DNA of 64,000 bases, taken from contig JBMNGZ010000008.1 of assembly GCA_050950105.1 (NCBI GenBank), positions 121,416 to 185,415 of the forward strand. Reading direction: 5' to 3'. Under the pieces are notes generated by a model that was not told the origin of the DNA, did not search any database, and saw only the letters and a program-made list of their open reading frames with translations. A program made the translations under genes and the position numbers. This DNA is from Candidatus Hydrogenedentales bacterium (GTDB taxonomy: Bacteria > Hydrogenedentota > Hydrogenedentia > Hydrogenedentales > SLHB01). Within the stretch, counting starts at the first letter, position 1, and each line of letters starts with the position of its first letter. Of the stretch, positions 1-10,717 are shown in pieces.

Positions 1-1548
1 AGACCGTTATCTCGAGGGCTGGATCGACCTGACGCGCATGAGTACGGGCGATCAAAATGTGGATGTGCGCTCCGAACTCCTTCAGGAGAATGTCAGGTGT
101 CGGGCCGCTCGAACCGCTGAACCCGTGCTGCAGTTTAAGGTTATCCTGGACGGTGAAGGGTTAGGAAAGCCTGTCTCGCGCGAGTTCGCCTGGCGCCTTC
201 CGGCAATCCATCCCTACCGCGTCGCCGATGAACTCATCCAGTGGGCTGCCGATCGGCTCAAACAGGCCGGCAACTACTGCCTGCCTGTCTTTCATGTCCC
301 GTACTATGAAGAACTGATACTTGCCAAGGATGACGAGGAAACGCGTCGCGTGCTTCTGCACTGCATTCACGATGAAGCAGATGGCCTCAGCAATCTCTTC
401 AACGCGCGCGAACTCCCTGAAGCCGATCCGCTGCGGAGGGTCTCTCAAAAACTTGCGCTCGAATACGGCAGATTCATTCAGCTCGCACGCGCAGAGGGCA
501 TACACACGGCTCTGCTTGAAGCCTGGGATAACCTGAGAAAGGCCCACAGCGCGGCAACGGGCGCCTATCTCAGCTTGCCTTCTTCCGACGCCAGCGCTAT
601 GGCTCCGATGCTGTTTCGTTCATTTCTTTTGATCGACCGCCCCTCGCCCGCCGAGGCTGACCGCTGGATCTGGGAACCATTCGAGCCTTCCTGTGCGGTG
701 ACCATCTTGCATCCAGCCCTCCTGGAGATGCTTCAAGCCCAGATCGTTTACCTGCTCACGGCCTTCTCGACGGTCGCGTCCCAAGAACTTCGTTCTCCCG
801 GAACGCGATCTTTTTCCGACGAGCGTTGGCACGGCTATGTCGATCTGGCAACGATTCAGACGCCGTTGACAGGGCTCCTCAAGGATAACAATCGCATTCT
901 CGACACCGATGTGCGCGGAACCGGCCTGATTCATCGTATCGGGCACAGTGGACAAAAGGATGCCCCTCTGACGACGCGCCTGCTGCTTCGCTACGACGCC
1001 TTTGAAGACGAAGATGTTTCCGATGCGGAATTGTTTCGAAGCAGCCGGGAATCACAACTTATTTCGCGCATTCTGCATGATTATCGCGCACTCCACCCGC
1101 ACGCAGAGGATGGCCTCGCGATTGCTGTGTACCAGAATCAGGATATCCAGCCTCTTATCGCGGCCGTAGACAAGTTTCTGGAAAGTGTCTGCAAAGAACG
1201 CCCAGAGAACGCAAATCCGTATGCCATGTCCGTCACGGTCTTTACGGAATCAAGTGACGACAGCAGCGTCGCGCGCTGGGTTGGGCAGTGGAAGGAACGA
1301 TGGGAGGCCGCGGAGACCGAGAGCAGGCTGGCCCGTTATCGAAAAACGCAGCTTTCGGTCGCCCATCGGATTGTCTCGTCTGGTGAACACTATGGCCAGT
1401 TTGTCGAGCTTGTCGAAACGAGTCTCGATGTCGACATCGCCATACTGAACAGATTCATTCGCGCGGGGGCGCACGGCAATGAATTTGAGCCCGTCGAACC
1501 CTATGACGTTACCACGCGAACGCTGAAATTTCCGATCCTTGAGAAGTC
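1..1548 (+). pseudogene. 5' part (starts before the window) of a giant nuclease/HerA-type ATPase gene (DptH/DndH-like), interrupted by IS30
   Basis: Frame is open from position 2 through ...FPILEK. After 1548 the listed ORF 38..1984 reads into IS sequence. Removing the IS and one copy of the gtc repeat rejoins it in frame to SFCSLDAPG at 2777. Confidence 0.8.
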
Positions 1549-2773
1549 CGCGCATTCTAATACTAAGTGCACGGTTGCTAGGTTTAGCCCTTTCCCGTCG
1601 GAGCCGTCCGTCGCTCACGATGAGCGGCGGCGGACGGCGACAGAGGGAAGGGCGGCCTTTTTCCTGTTGGTGAGTCTTGAGCGAGGAGGTGGAAAAGAAG
1701 AAGACATCGGGACCCATTCGGTATTCTTGGAGATAGCAAACAACCAAGAGCGAAAGGAATCCCGATGTCCTACACCCATCTTACCCCAATGGAGCGCGCG
1801 AAGATCGAACTTTTTATCGCACAGGGATGGAGCTACACTGCGATTGCTTGCGAATTGGGCCGGCATCGCACAACGATTAGCCGTGAGTACCGGCGCAACA
1901 AGAGCGCCAGCGCGTACCGTGCAGAAACGGCTGAGGAACGGTACAAAGCGCGCAGGCAGGCTTGCCGACCCAAGGGCAGGCTGAATCATGAGCCGCTACG
2001 TGACTACGTGGAGGTCAAGATTGCCGTGGAAAAGACGAGTCCGGAGCTGGTGGCCGGGCGTCTGCGCATAGACTTCCCCGAGGACCCGCGGATGCGGGTG
2101 TGCCACGAGACCATCTACCAGGCGATCTACTCCAACCGGCACTACCTCGATTATCTCTGGGAATTTCTGACTCAGGCCCGCCCCAAACGGCGTAAACGGG
2201 GCCAGGGAAAGACCCGCAGAGGCCCTATAATCCCGAACCGGGTCAGCATCGCTGAACGCCCCGCTGCTGTCGAGCATCGCGTCGAAACCGGGCATTGGGA
2301 AGGCGACCTGATCGTCGGAAAAGGGCAGAACTCGTTTATCCTCACGCTCCTGGAGCGGGCCTCGCGTATCCTCCACGCCGTCAAGCTCACGACCAAGCGG
2401 GCGGCCGAAGTCTGCCACGCGGTGGTCGAAGCACTCCTGGACCGTCCAGCCTCCTGGATCAAAACCATTACCTTTGATAACGGCACCGAGTTTGCCGCGC
2501 ACAACATCATTACCGAGCAGCTCGGCGCCCGCATCTACTTCGCAGACCCTTATGCCGCCTACCAACGCGGAAGCAACGAGCAGGTCAACGGACTCATTCG
2601 ACGCTATCTGCCTAAGGGCACATGCTTTAAACAACTCCCCGAAGAAAAACTCCAGGAGATAGTCGATGAACTAAACAACCGACCAAAAAAATGCCTCGGA
2701 TACCGAACACCCAATGAAGTCTTCCTGCAAAAACGAAAAATCGCCTGGCGTGCACTTAGAACTTGAATGTGCC
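1549..2773 (+). mobile_element. IS30-family insertion sequence (~1225 bp)
   Basis: Imperfect terminal inverted repeats: left cgcgcattctaatactaagtgcacg, right (reverse complement) ggcacattcaagttctaagtgcacg. Flanked by 3-bp direct repeat gtc (1546-1548, 2774-2776). Encodes an IS30-type transposase. Confidence 0.9.
1765..2766 (+). CDS. IS30-family DDE transposase
   Basis: N-terminal HTH (YTHLTPMER...IACELGRHRTTISREYRRN), GHWEGDLIVG, TITFDNGTEF, QRGSNEQVNGLIRRYLPK, LNNRPKKCLGYRTP. Confidence 0.95.
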   Translation: MSYTHLTPMERAKIELFIAQGWSYTAIACELGRHRTTISREYRRNKSASAYRAETAEERYKARRQACRPKGRLNHEPLRDYVEVKIAVEKTSPELVAGRLRIDFPEDPRMRVCHETIYQAIYSNRHYLDYLWEFLTQARPKRRKRGQGKTRRGPIIPNRVSIAERPAAVEHRVETGHWEGDLIVGKGQNSFILTLLERASRILHAVKLTTKRAAEVCHAVVEALLDRPASWIKTITFDNGTEFAAHNIITEQLGARIYFADPYAAYQRGSNEQVNGLIRRYLPKGTCFKQLPEEKLQEIVDELNNRPKKCLGYRTPNEVFLQKRKIAWRALRT

Positions 2774-5261
2774 GTCTTTCTGTTCGCTTGATGCCCCGGG
2801 GAAAGGCCTGCAACGGGCCCGCGTGCTGAGCAATCGCCAATTCCGTATCTCGGCCAGCCATGCAGAGGTCATGGCGCGCTTAAAAAATAAAAGTACCCCG
2901 CGCGACGACCAGCACGTCGTCCTGGGCTTCGGAGATTATCAACCCTGGCAGGCGCTTGTTGACGCCCTGCATCACCGCGCTGAGTGGGTGGTCTGCATTG
3001 ATCCAAACGTCGATGCCCAGTTGATCGCCCAAAAGGCTGGCGCTACGCACGAGGCAAGGGAAATCATTGGCTTCGGTTCGGGGGTGGGCACACACGGCGA
3101 GGCAAACTTTACCATCTCAACAGAGCAGTTTCGCCTCTCGGATGTGCTGTATAAACTCACGGTATCCATCGAAGAACTCTGCAGCAGCTGGTCTTCCGCA
3201 CGGATCGCGGAGAGTGTTTTAGATGAATCCCGTCGTTTATCCGGCCTTTCTCTGGTCCGCGCAACAGGAATCGGCCAGTATATCCGCGATTTCATGGCCT
3301 ACGCTCTGACTCGTAAGCTCTTGAAAACAGACGAAGATGTTCTCTGCGATCAACTCGTGTCGCTGGATGCCTTTCACCATTGGTTCGACTCCGCCTATAG
3401 CGATGTCAGGCCTGATCTCCTTTGGCTCACGGCCACGGTCGGCGAATCAGGCCGGTTGCGCCTGGACCTGCGGCTGATCGAATGCAAACTCGCCAAAAGG
3501 GCGGATACCCACCTGGAAAAGGCAAGAGAGCAACTCGAAAGCGGACTGGAGCATCTCATTTCAGTGTTCATGCCGCGAACAGACGCCGGCATGGTCGAAG
3601 ATGAGCGGCCGGATCAGAGGTATTGGTGGCTACAGCTTCACCGCCTGATCGCGAGCAACTCGAAAATCCTGGGACGCGATCAAAAACGCGTGTTATCGGC
3701 CTTAGAGCGTCTTGCCGAAGGTGAATTCGATGTTTCCTGGCGGGCGGCCGCGGTCACTTTCTGGACAGACCAAAGCAAAGCGGATATTTCCCAGACAGAC
3801 TCGTGGCCGTTCTCGATTGAAGGCCTGAACATGAATATCGGCATTGTGTCCTGCGGGACTGAGTTTGTTCAGGCGCTGTGTGAAAAACAGGCAGACTCCA
3901 CGCTCCCATGGTCGGAGTCCTGTGTCCAGTTCCGAGCGACCGGCCGGTCTTCGCTAGACGAGCCCAATGACGATGCTGACGAGGCGCAGGACGGCGCTCC
4001 TGATGAGACGCCAAAAGGCGTTGTAAAACGTGATGCGTTGCCAGACATCGGCCCACCGCATTCTGAAGCGGAGGTCCATGCCACGAGATCGCTGACGAAG
4101 GAGACGCACCGCCCCCAAATCCCGGGTCGAATATTGCTCGGACAGTCGATATCCGGTTCACGCGACGTGTATTGGGAATTCGGGCACTCGGAACTCAACA
4201 ATCGCCACATGCTCATCTTCGGGACGTCCGGCATGGGAAAAACCTACACGATCCAATGCCTCCTCTTCGAGCTGGGCCGGGTGGGTCAAAATTCTCTAAT
4301 TGTGGACTATACAAATGGTTTCTTCGACAGCCAGCTGGAGTCCGTATTTCGAAGCAAGCTTCAGCCCATTCAGCATGTGATTAAAAAAGAGCCCTTGTCG
4401 ATTAACCCATTCCGCCAACAGATCGGGTTAGTCGTAGACGAGCCGCTTCCGGAGGCGGCATCCTCCACCGCGCAGCGAGTCAGCGGTGTCTTTTCCGAAG
4501 TCTATAGCTTCGGCGACCAACAAAAATCGGCCCTGTATCAAGCGATCAAAACGGGACTGGAACGTTCCGGCACTCGGGGTATGACGTTAGTGGATCTGCT
4601 GCCTTTGCTCGAAGAATTAGCCGAGGAAAAGGGCACGGTCGGACAGGCTGCGGGTAGTGTGGCCAGTAAAATTATACCCTTCGTAGATCAAAATCCCTTT
4701 GGCGAAGAAGACCCGGAGAGTTGGGAGAAGATTTTCACCGACATAACCAATCGATGCCACATTCTTCAACTCAGCGGTTTTGCAAAGGACTCTACGCGCC
4801 TGGTAACGGAATTCAGCCTCATCGACCTCTACTCGTTCTATCGCAGTCGCGGCACGCAGCATTCCCCGCGCGTGGTCGTTCTAGATGAAATTCAGAATCT
4901 GGACCATCGGGAGGAGAGCCCTCTTGCGCAACTATTGTGCGAAGGGCGCAAATTTGGGTTTTCATTGATCCTCGCCACGCAAATCATGAGCAGCTTGAAC
5001 AGAGACGAGCGCGATCGCTTATTCAACGCTGCGCACAAGCTCTTTTTCCGCCCGGCGGATACGGAAATCAAAACCTACGCTGAGATTGCTGCTGTCAGCA
5101 CGGGCGAGAAGGCCGATGTCTGGGTCAAACGTCTTGCCAAACTCAAGAAAGGACAATGCTATTCCATTGGACCGAGCCTGAATGAAGTCAGTGGCGAACT
5201 CGAAGTTAAGGCTTTCAGCATTCAAATCAGTCCGCTGAATAAGAGGATCATGAATGTCTAA
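2774..5261 (+). pseudogene. 3' part of the IS-split giant protein: PD-(D/E)xK nuclease-like motif plus C-terminal HerA/VirB4-like ATPase
   Basis: RPDLLW...LIECKL motif (~3405-3490), Walker A GTSGMGKT (~4221), Walker B VVVLDEIQ, GRKFGFSLILATQ. Confidence 0.8.
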
Positions 5262-6102
5262 CGCTTACCCGCATAGCCGGCTTCCCCGGAATTTCCATAA
5301 GACCTTCAAGCCAGAGCGGCAATATATTGGCGCCATGTTGAGATTTGCGGCGTCGGGGCAAGAAGGGGATTACCAGACAATATCGGAGATCACGGGAATC
5401 CCCACGGGAGCGTCCAGTGGCAAGGTCCCGGCTATTCTTGATTATTGCCGGGGTATGGGGCTTCTGACATTGGAAGGCGGAGCCCGCGGCGCCGTGAAGA
5501 AGCCGCAATTAACACCGTTTGGCCGCATGGTCCTCCTGGAAGACCCATTCTTGAAAGAAGCGATCACCCAGTGGATTGCTCATTTTAACCTGTGCAGCCC
5601 GAAAACCGGCGCCGATGTGTGGTATCAGGTGTTCTTTAAAGCCGCCAGGGCATTAGGAACCAGCTTCAAACGGGTAGACATAGAGCAGCAGCTCTCTCTG
5701 GTCTACGAAATTCAAGGTGGAAACCTCCTGGGACCGCTTATTGGTACGTATGAGGATGAAGCGGCTTTTGCTGAGTGCGGCGCGCTGAAGGAACGAAAAG
5801 GCCTCCTGGTGCGCGCAACAGCGCCCGTCCAAAGAGAGTTCGGCCTTGGTATCGGCGCCTGGATTCTGCAACTCATGCAAGACCATTTTCCAGGAAGCAC
5901 ACAAGTCACTCTTGTGGAACTGGATGAGGCAGCAGGATGGCGAACCATTCCCGGTTGGGACATGCCAACTCGTAATCGCTTACTCCAGATTCTTGAACAA
6001 AAAGCACTGGTTGATATTGACAGGCAGATGGAACCCTGGCTGCTCAGAGCAAAGATTTCTCCTCATGATGCGTGGGCACAGATTTACGACGATCTTATTT
6101 AG
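5254..6102 (+). CDS. DUF4007-family protein (SspB-like)
   Basis: FHKTFKPER, LTPFGRMVLLEDPFL and TQWIAHFNL resemble the DUF4007 signature. Overlaps the upstream stop. Confidence 0.7.
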   Translation: MSNAYPHSRLPRNFHKTFKPERQYIGAMLRFAASGQEGDYQTISEITGIPTGASSGKVPAILDYCRGMGLLTLEGGARGAVKKPQLTPFGRMVLLEDPFLKEAITQWIAHFNLCSPKTGADVWYQVFFKAARALGTSFKRVDIEQQLSLVYEIQGGNLLGPLIGTYEDEAAFAECGALKERKGLLVRATAPVQREFGLGIGAWILQLMQDHFPGSTQVTLVELDEAAGWRTIPGWDMPTRNRLLQILEQKALVDIDRQMEPWLLRAKISPHDAWAQIYDDLI

Positions 6103-6111
6103 AGGCATGAG

Positions 6112-9100
6112 ATGAAAAAACTGAATGACATTGTGCAGTTCCGTGGGGATCGCCTCTTTAACGGGGCAGTCAATATAGATTGGTTCTTGACAGACGACAA
6201 ACGAAGGCGCGACGCATCGGAGGCTTTCATCTTCCACGGGCCCGCCTACCACGGTGTTACCCAGGCTGATGTCGGCTCGTTGCACGGCCACCAGCTTCAA
6301 GATACAGCAAGCTTTGTCAACGCGATTGTGAAACGTTGCGCAGGGCTCGAAGAACAGCCATTTACCCTGGCTATCGCCGGCTACGGCACCGGCAAATCCC
6401 ATTTGGCTTTGACGCTCGCCACTCTTTTCAGAGATCCTTCTGACCCGGAAGCCGAAGGAATTCTCGCGCGGCTTTGCTCAGCAGATGCAACTATCGGTGG
6501 GGAAGTACGAACCCTTTTTCAAGAAAACAATGTTCCCTACCTTGTTGTCGCGTTGAACGGCATGCGCTCCTTCGACCTGGTTGCCGAGATGACTCAACAG
6601 ATTCTGGCCCAAGTCCAAATGCACCATTTGGACACCCGGCCACTGGATGATTTGCGGCCAAGGTTTAGTCAGGCCGCAAATTTAATCCGGATGTCAAATG
6701 CTGCCGTGGTCGAGGAGTTGGTTGAATCATCCGGGGCTCCCAGCGCCGAATCGTTGCTGCAGGCGCTCGACGAGCACGATGAAGAAGCTTACGCCGGGGT
6801 GCATGATTTTTTCGCCTCGAAAGGCATGCCTATCCGGGCACTGGGTGGCGAGTCCGTCAAGGAATTAATCGATGCCGTTGCGCAGGAATACTGCGGCCCG
6901 GGGAAGCCGTTTGGGAGACTTGTGGTTCTCTTCGATGAATTCGGACGCTTCACGGAGTTTGCCACGGTGCGAAGCCAGGTCGCAGGCAGCGGCGTGCTCC
7001 AAGATCTCTTCGAGGGTATTCAAAGCAACTCGGACAGTGCTGCTTTTGTCGGTTTTATTCAATTTGAACTCAATGCCTATGTCCAACGCGTCGCAAGTGA
7101 ATTTCGAAATGATATTCTGAGGTACGTTACGCGTTATCAAAGTGCGAGCAAAGCGTATCTGTCGGTAAATCTGGAGACCCTCATTGCACATCTCCTGCAA
7201 AAAAACGATCCGAAGCGGCTCGACCAATGGTTTGACACCAAAGCGCAGCTCACGGAATCCTCGAATTTACTGCACGACATAAATGAATGGTTTCCTCAGT
7301 CAAGAAGCTATCGGCTCTGGTCCACCGATGAGCAGTTCCATACGGTTATTCGAAAAGGCTGCTGGCCACTGTCTCCCATGGCCTTGTGGCTGCTTTTTTA
7401 CCTCACCATTGCCGGCAAGCATCTCCAGGAACGTTCGGTTCTGGCTTTGCTGGCCGAAGTCTTTGAGCACTATGGCAACAAAAAGATTCCATCGGATGGG
7501 GAGTGGCTTCTGCACCCTGTCGACCTCTGGTCTGATGCGTTGCAAGAAGAGCTCCTTAGCTCTGAGGAGACCGGCCAGCGGGGAACGATTACACACTCGT
7601 ATGCTGCGGTCGTGGCTCGACACGGCGCACGGCTGGATGCCGGGCACCTCCGCCTCCTTCGCGCGGTGGTGCTTTGTGGAAAGCTTGGCCTCTGCTCTGA
7701 ATCCAAAGAAGATGCCGTTGAAGCGCTGGCCCAATGCGTGGGCCAGCCAACCGGAACGGTAGCGGAACAAGTCGACCAACTCGACACTGAATACAACGTC
7801 ATCCACTGGGACGAAAGCTTCAAACTGTTTGATATTCTGGGCGACGCTGTACCGAGGACTCAATTCCTCGCGTTTCTCCGGCAACAGGTGGCAAGTAGTT
7901 TCGACGAGAACGCAAAAGCCTGCCTCTTCAGTTCGAAGGGACAAGATTGGTGCGAGTTACTAAAAGATCTGGATTGTGACTATGCGGAAAGCAACCAGAT
8001 ATCAACACGCGAATGGAAATATTCAGCGGTCACGTCGACGCTGGAGCAGCTCGAGACCCAGTTAAAGCTTGCACTCGAGCGATGGAGGAAGTCCGCACTC
8101 GCGGTCGATGTTCCGCGCGGCACTCTGATCTACTGCTATGTGGGACAGAGCAAAGAGGCCCAATCGGCCGAGGTCTACGCACAGAAACAACTCCGGAAAA
8201 TAGTGCGTGAAGCAAAAACCGCTTTTCCTGTCTTGGTCGTGCTTCTATGCGATGAAGAAGGGCTGCTAGGGCAGGCTATGGCCGAACTCACTGTCCTGGA
8301 GGATGAACTGACGGAGGAAGACAAGGCAAAGTTTGGCTCGCTTGTGGGGGCTCATATCGAAAAATTATCCGATAGTATAAGAACCCACGTTGAGGCCATG
8401 ATCCGGGCACGAAAATACCTTACTGCAACCAACAAAAAATTTGAAGCCGCGCGCCTGGTCCACTTTGGGAGCAAGCTCTTTGCCCACATATACAAGAGCC
8501 CACTTGCTTTTCCTTTCGATGGTTTCACGACAACGCGTGGCAATGCTGCAGATACATGCCAGCAGCTGACCTCGGAATTGATTGCTGGGAAGCTGGATTA
8601 TGAATCCGTGATGGCGAAGCAAAAGAAAAGCAAGAATCGCGCTGTCGCTGTCCTTAAAGACTGCTGGGGGATCTTTAATCGGAGCGGCGCGGTGTTGAAA
8701 AAGCCGAACAATCGTGTTCTACGCTCCCTTTCAGGAAATTGGGATGCCCAGCTCCAATCACAGCAAAACCTCTCTATTGGGGCTCTCTTGAGCGAGTTGT
8801 GTTCGCCTCCCTATGGAGCCAACCTTGCATCAGCAGGGCTGGCCCTTGGAGTCTTCATTGCAGCGCGTGCTGAGACGCTGGTCGTAGTGCGTGGCGGTGA
8901 ACAAATAGCCCTCTCGCAGTGGGTCCAGGATGGCGCCTTTAAGGGCAAATTCATCGATGTCGAGAATGCTCACCAAGTGGAGCTGGCCCAGCTTGGCAAG
9001 GCTTCATCGGAATGGGAGAACCTCATTGAAGAATGGGAACAAGCCGAGAGCCACCACGCCCGATCAATGTGTCTTGAACGGGCACACGATCTGCAAGAAC

Positions 9101-10392
9101 GTATCCCAGTTCCACCAACCTTAAGAAGTCATGTCGAACTTCTGACCGAGCAAGCCGAAGAATCCTTGAAGGCCTTGGTGGCATTCGCGCAGGAAGAGGA
9201 CGATGCGCACAATCAAATTAAGCGTGGTGAAGAAAGGAAAAACGTGCGCCTTCTCAGCTCTGGTGGCGCTAACCTGCTCAGACTGTTGCGTACAGCGGAA
9301 GGCGAAGGGCCGCGCTGGACCCAGGATGAAATCGAGAGCCTGCAGCGCGGAATTGAGCGTTCGCGCCTGTTGATCGCCCAGAACTTTCAGGAGTGGCTGG
9401 AGCGTCAGGCTCCAAAGAATGATAACCCGGAAACCGTTGGTGATTTTAAACATAGAATGAATCGAGTGATCGGGGGAAATCTCCAGGAACTTGGATTTCA
9501 ACAGGAATTTGAAGCGCTTTCTATACGTGTAGCCGGCTTACTCAAAAACGTCGAAACGGCTGCCGAGGCGCAGCAGCTACTGCGAGATGTCCAGTCATGG
9601 ATCGACCAACAGGGCGATCCATGTCGCATCGTGCGCATAGCCCGTTTGCGCGATCTTCACAAGGTAGGAAGGGAATATCAAGCCAAGCTTCAGGGCATGT
9701 CGCGACGAATTCAACTAACGGAAATCAGTGAACGCCGCAGCACATTGTCAGAGTTTCTAAAAGAACTGAAGTCGACGCAAGAAGAGATGGTGCGCCGGGC
9801 TTCAACGCTGCACAAAGCGAAACTGCGCCCCGACAAAAACATCGATGAATTGATCCAGGAAGTAGAGCAACTCATCACGATATTCGAAGGATGCGACACA
9901 GATCTCGAAGACCTGCGCTTGATGCAGCAGGCGCTCAGATTCTATGAGAAAACCTACAATCAACTGGGTGACCAGCGCTTGACGTGGAAAGAGTTCGAAG
10001 CCCTTAAAAAGACGCTCCGTAAGGAAGCAGAAAAAACAGTCGTTGATGAAGGAATTCCCTGGGATCTTACAGAGACCTTCGCCTGCATGGATGAACAATT
10101 GACTAAAGAGCGAAAGGCCAAAAGTCTCGACTGGGTGCAGGAACGTGAAGCAGATGCGGCCGCGGTAGGTTCCATGTCAGCGGAAGAGGCCAACCAGCTT
10201 CATAACAAGATCACCGCGCCGCCCGCCTGCATTACAAAAGAACATGCCAAAAGAGTCGACAAGGTAAAACAAAAAGTCGAAGCTCGACTCAACACGCTGA
10301 CCGTCGATTGGCTTTTAGAAAAATTCAAAGAGTTGCCCCAAAAAGCCCGAAAAGACTTCCTCAAAAAAATTGACACTCTCGAAAAAGCCTAG
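6112..10392 (+). CDS. Large P-loop ATPase (SspC/BrxC-like) with long helical C-terminus
   Basis: Walker A GYGTGKSH, Walker B VVLFDEFG, CWPLSP and SPPYGA motifs. 1426 aa, directly after the DUF4007 gene. Confidence 0.7.
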   Translation: MKKLNDIVQFRGDRLFNGAVNIDWFLTDDKRRRDASEAFIFHGPAYHGVTQADVGSLHGHQLQDTASFVNAIVKRCAGLEEQPFTLAIAGYGTGKSHLALTLATLFRDPSDPEAEGILARLCSADATIGGEVRTLFQENNVPYLVVALNGMRSFDLVAEMTQQILAQVQMHHLDTRPLDDLRPRFSQAANLIRMSNAAVVEELVESSGAPSAESLLQALDEHDEEAYAGVHDFFASKGMPIRALGGESVKELIDAVAQEYCGPGKPFGRLVVLFDEFGRFTEFATVRSQVAGSGVLQDLFEGIQSNSDSAAFVGFIQFELNAYVQRVASEFRNDILRYVTRYQSASKAYLSVNLETLIAHLLQKNDPKRLDQWFDTKAQLTESSNLLHDINEWFPQSRSYRLWSTDEQFHTVIRKGCWPLSPMALWLLFYLTIAGKHLQERSVLALLAEVFEHYGNKKIPSDGEWLLHPVDLWSDALQEELLSSEETGQRGTITHSYAAVVARHGARLDAGHLRLLRAVVLCGKLGLCSESKEDAVEALAQCVGQPTGTVAEQVDQLDTEYNVIHWDESFKLFDILGDAVPRTQFLAFLRQQVASSFDENAKACLFSSKGQDWCELLKDLDCDYAESNQISTREWKYSAVTSTLEQLETQLKLALERWRKSALAVDVPRGTLIYCYVGQSKEAQSAEVYAQKQLRKIVREAKTAFPVLVVLLCDEEGLLGQAMAELTVLEDELTEEDKAKFGSLVGAHIEKLSDSIRTHVEAMIRARKYLTATNKKFEAARLVHFGSKLFAHIYKSPLAFPFDGFTTTRGNAADTCQQLTSELIAGKLDYESVMAKQKKSKNRAVAVLKDCWGIFNRSGAVLKKPNNRVLRSLSGNWDAQLQSQQNLSIGALLSELCSPPYGANLASAGLALGVFIAARAETLVVVRGGEQIALSQWVQDGAFKGKFIDVENAHQVELAQLGKASSEWENLIEEWEQAESHHARSMCLERAHDLQERIPVPPTLRSHVELLTEQAEESLKALVAFAQEEDDAHNQIKRGEERKNVRLLSSGGANLLRLLRTAEGEGPRWTQDEIESLQRGIERSRLLIAQNFQEWLERQAPKNDNPETVGDFKHRMNRVIGGNLQELGFQQEFEALSIRVAGLLKNVETAAEAQQLLRDVQSWIDQQGDPCRIVRIARLRDLHKVGREYQAKLQGMSRRIQLTEISERRSTLSEFLKELKSTQEEMVRRASTLHKAKLRPDKNIDELIQEVEQLITIFEGCDTDLEDLRLMQQALRFYEKTYNQLGDQRLTWKEFEALKKTLRKEAEKTVVDEGIPWDLTETFACMDEQLTKERKAKSLDWVQEREADAAAVGSMSAEEANQLHNKITAPPACITKEHAKRVDKVKQKVEARLNTLTVDWLLEKFKELPQKARKDFLKKIDTLEKA

Positions 10393-10619
10393 GGTGGGAA
10401 CGGTCTAAATTCATTTATTGATCGCCTTTTCTGACGTATCCGGCGCCGCGTTCTTCGTACACCCAGTGTCGCGCTCGGCCTGTAGGCGCCCGTGTCTCAG
10501 CGGCTTATGTGGTGCCGGGCGCAGGAGTGCGAGAGATCGAGATCGGCGATTGGGCAGCGACGGTGCCAGCGGCGGCTCGTGCGCAGGGAGAGTCTGGGCT
10601 GGCGCGGCGTTGGGGCGGG

Positions 10620-10716
10620 GTTACGGAAAAGAAAAAGGACCTAGGCGGGTTCGCGTAAGTCCTTGAGGTGCCGGGAGCTGGAGGGGGGATCGAGCCCCCG
10701 ACCTCATCATTACGAG
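10620..10716 (-). repeat. att-like direct repeat containing the 3' half of tRNA-Thr (10673-10716); copy of 36358-36455
   Basis: ~97 bp with about 4 differences from 36358-36455. Identity stops just past the anticodon loop (…cattacgag). Confidence 0.9.
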
Positions 10717-10717
10717 G

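Noticed and set aside
1549-1984. C-terminal ~145 aa of ORF 38..1984
   Set aside because: Read-through into the IS30 left end and overlapping the transposase; not native protein.
10673-10716. Third tRNA gene
   Set aside because: Only the 3' half, with T-loop and CCA changes; it is an att remnant.
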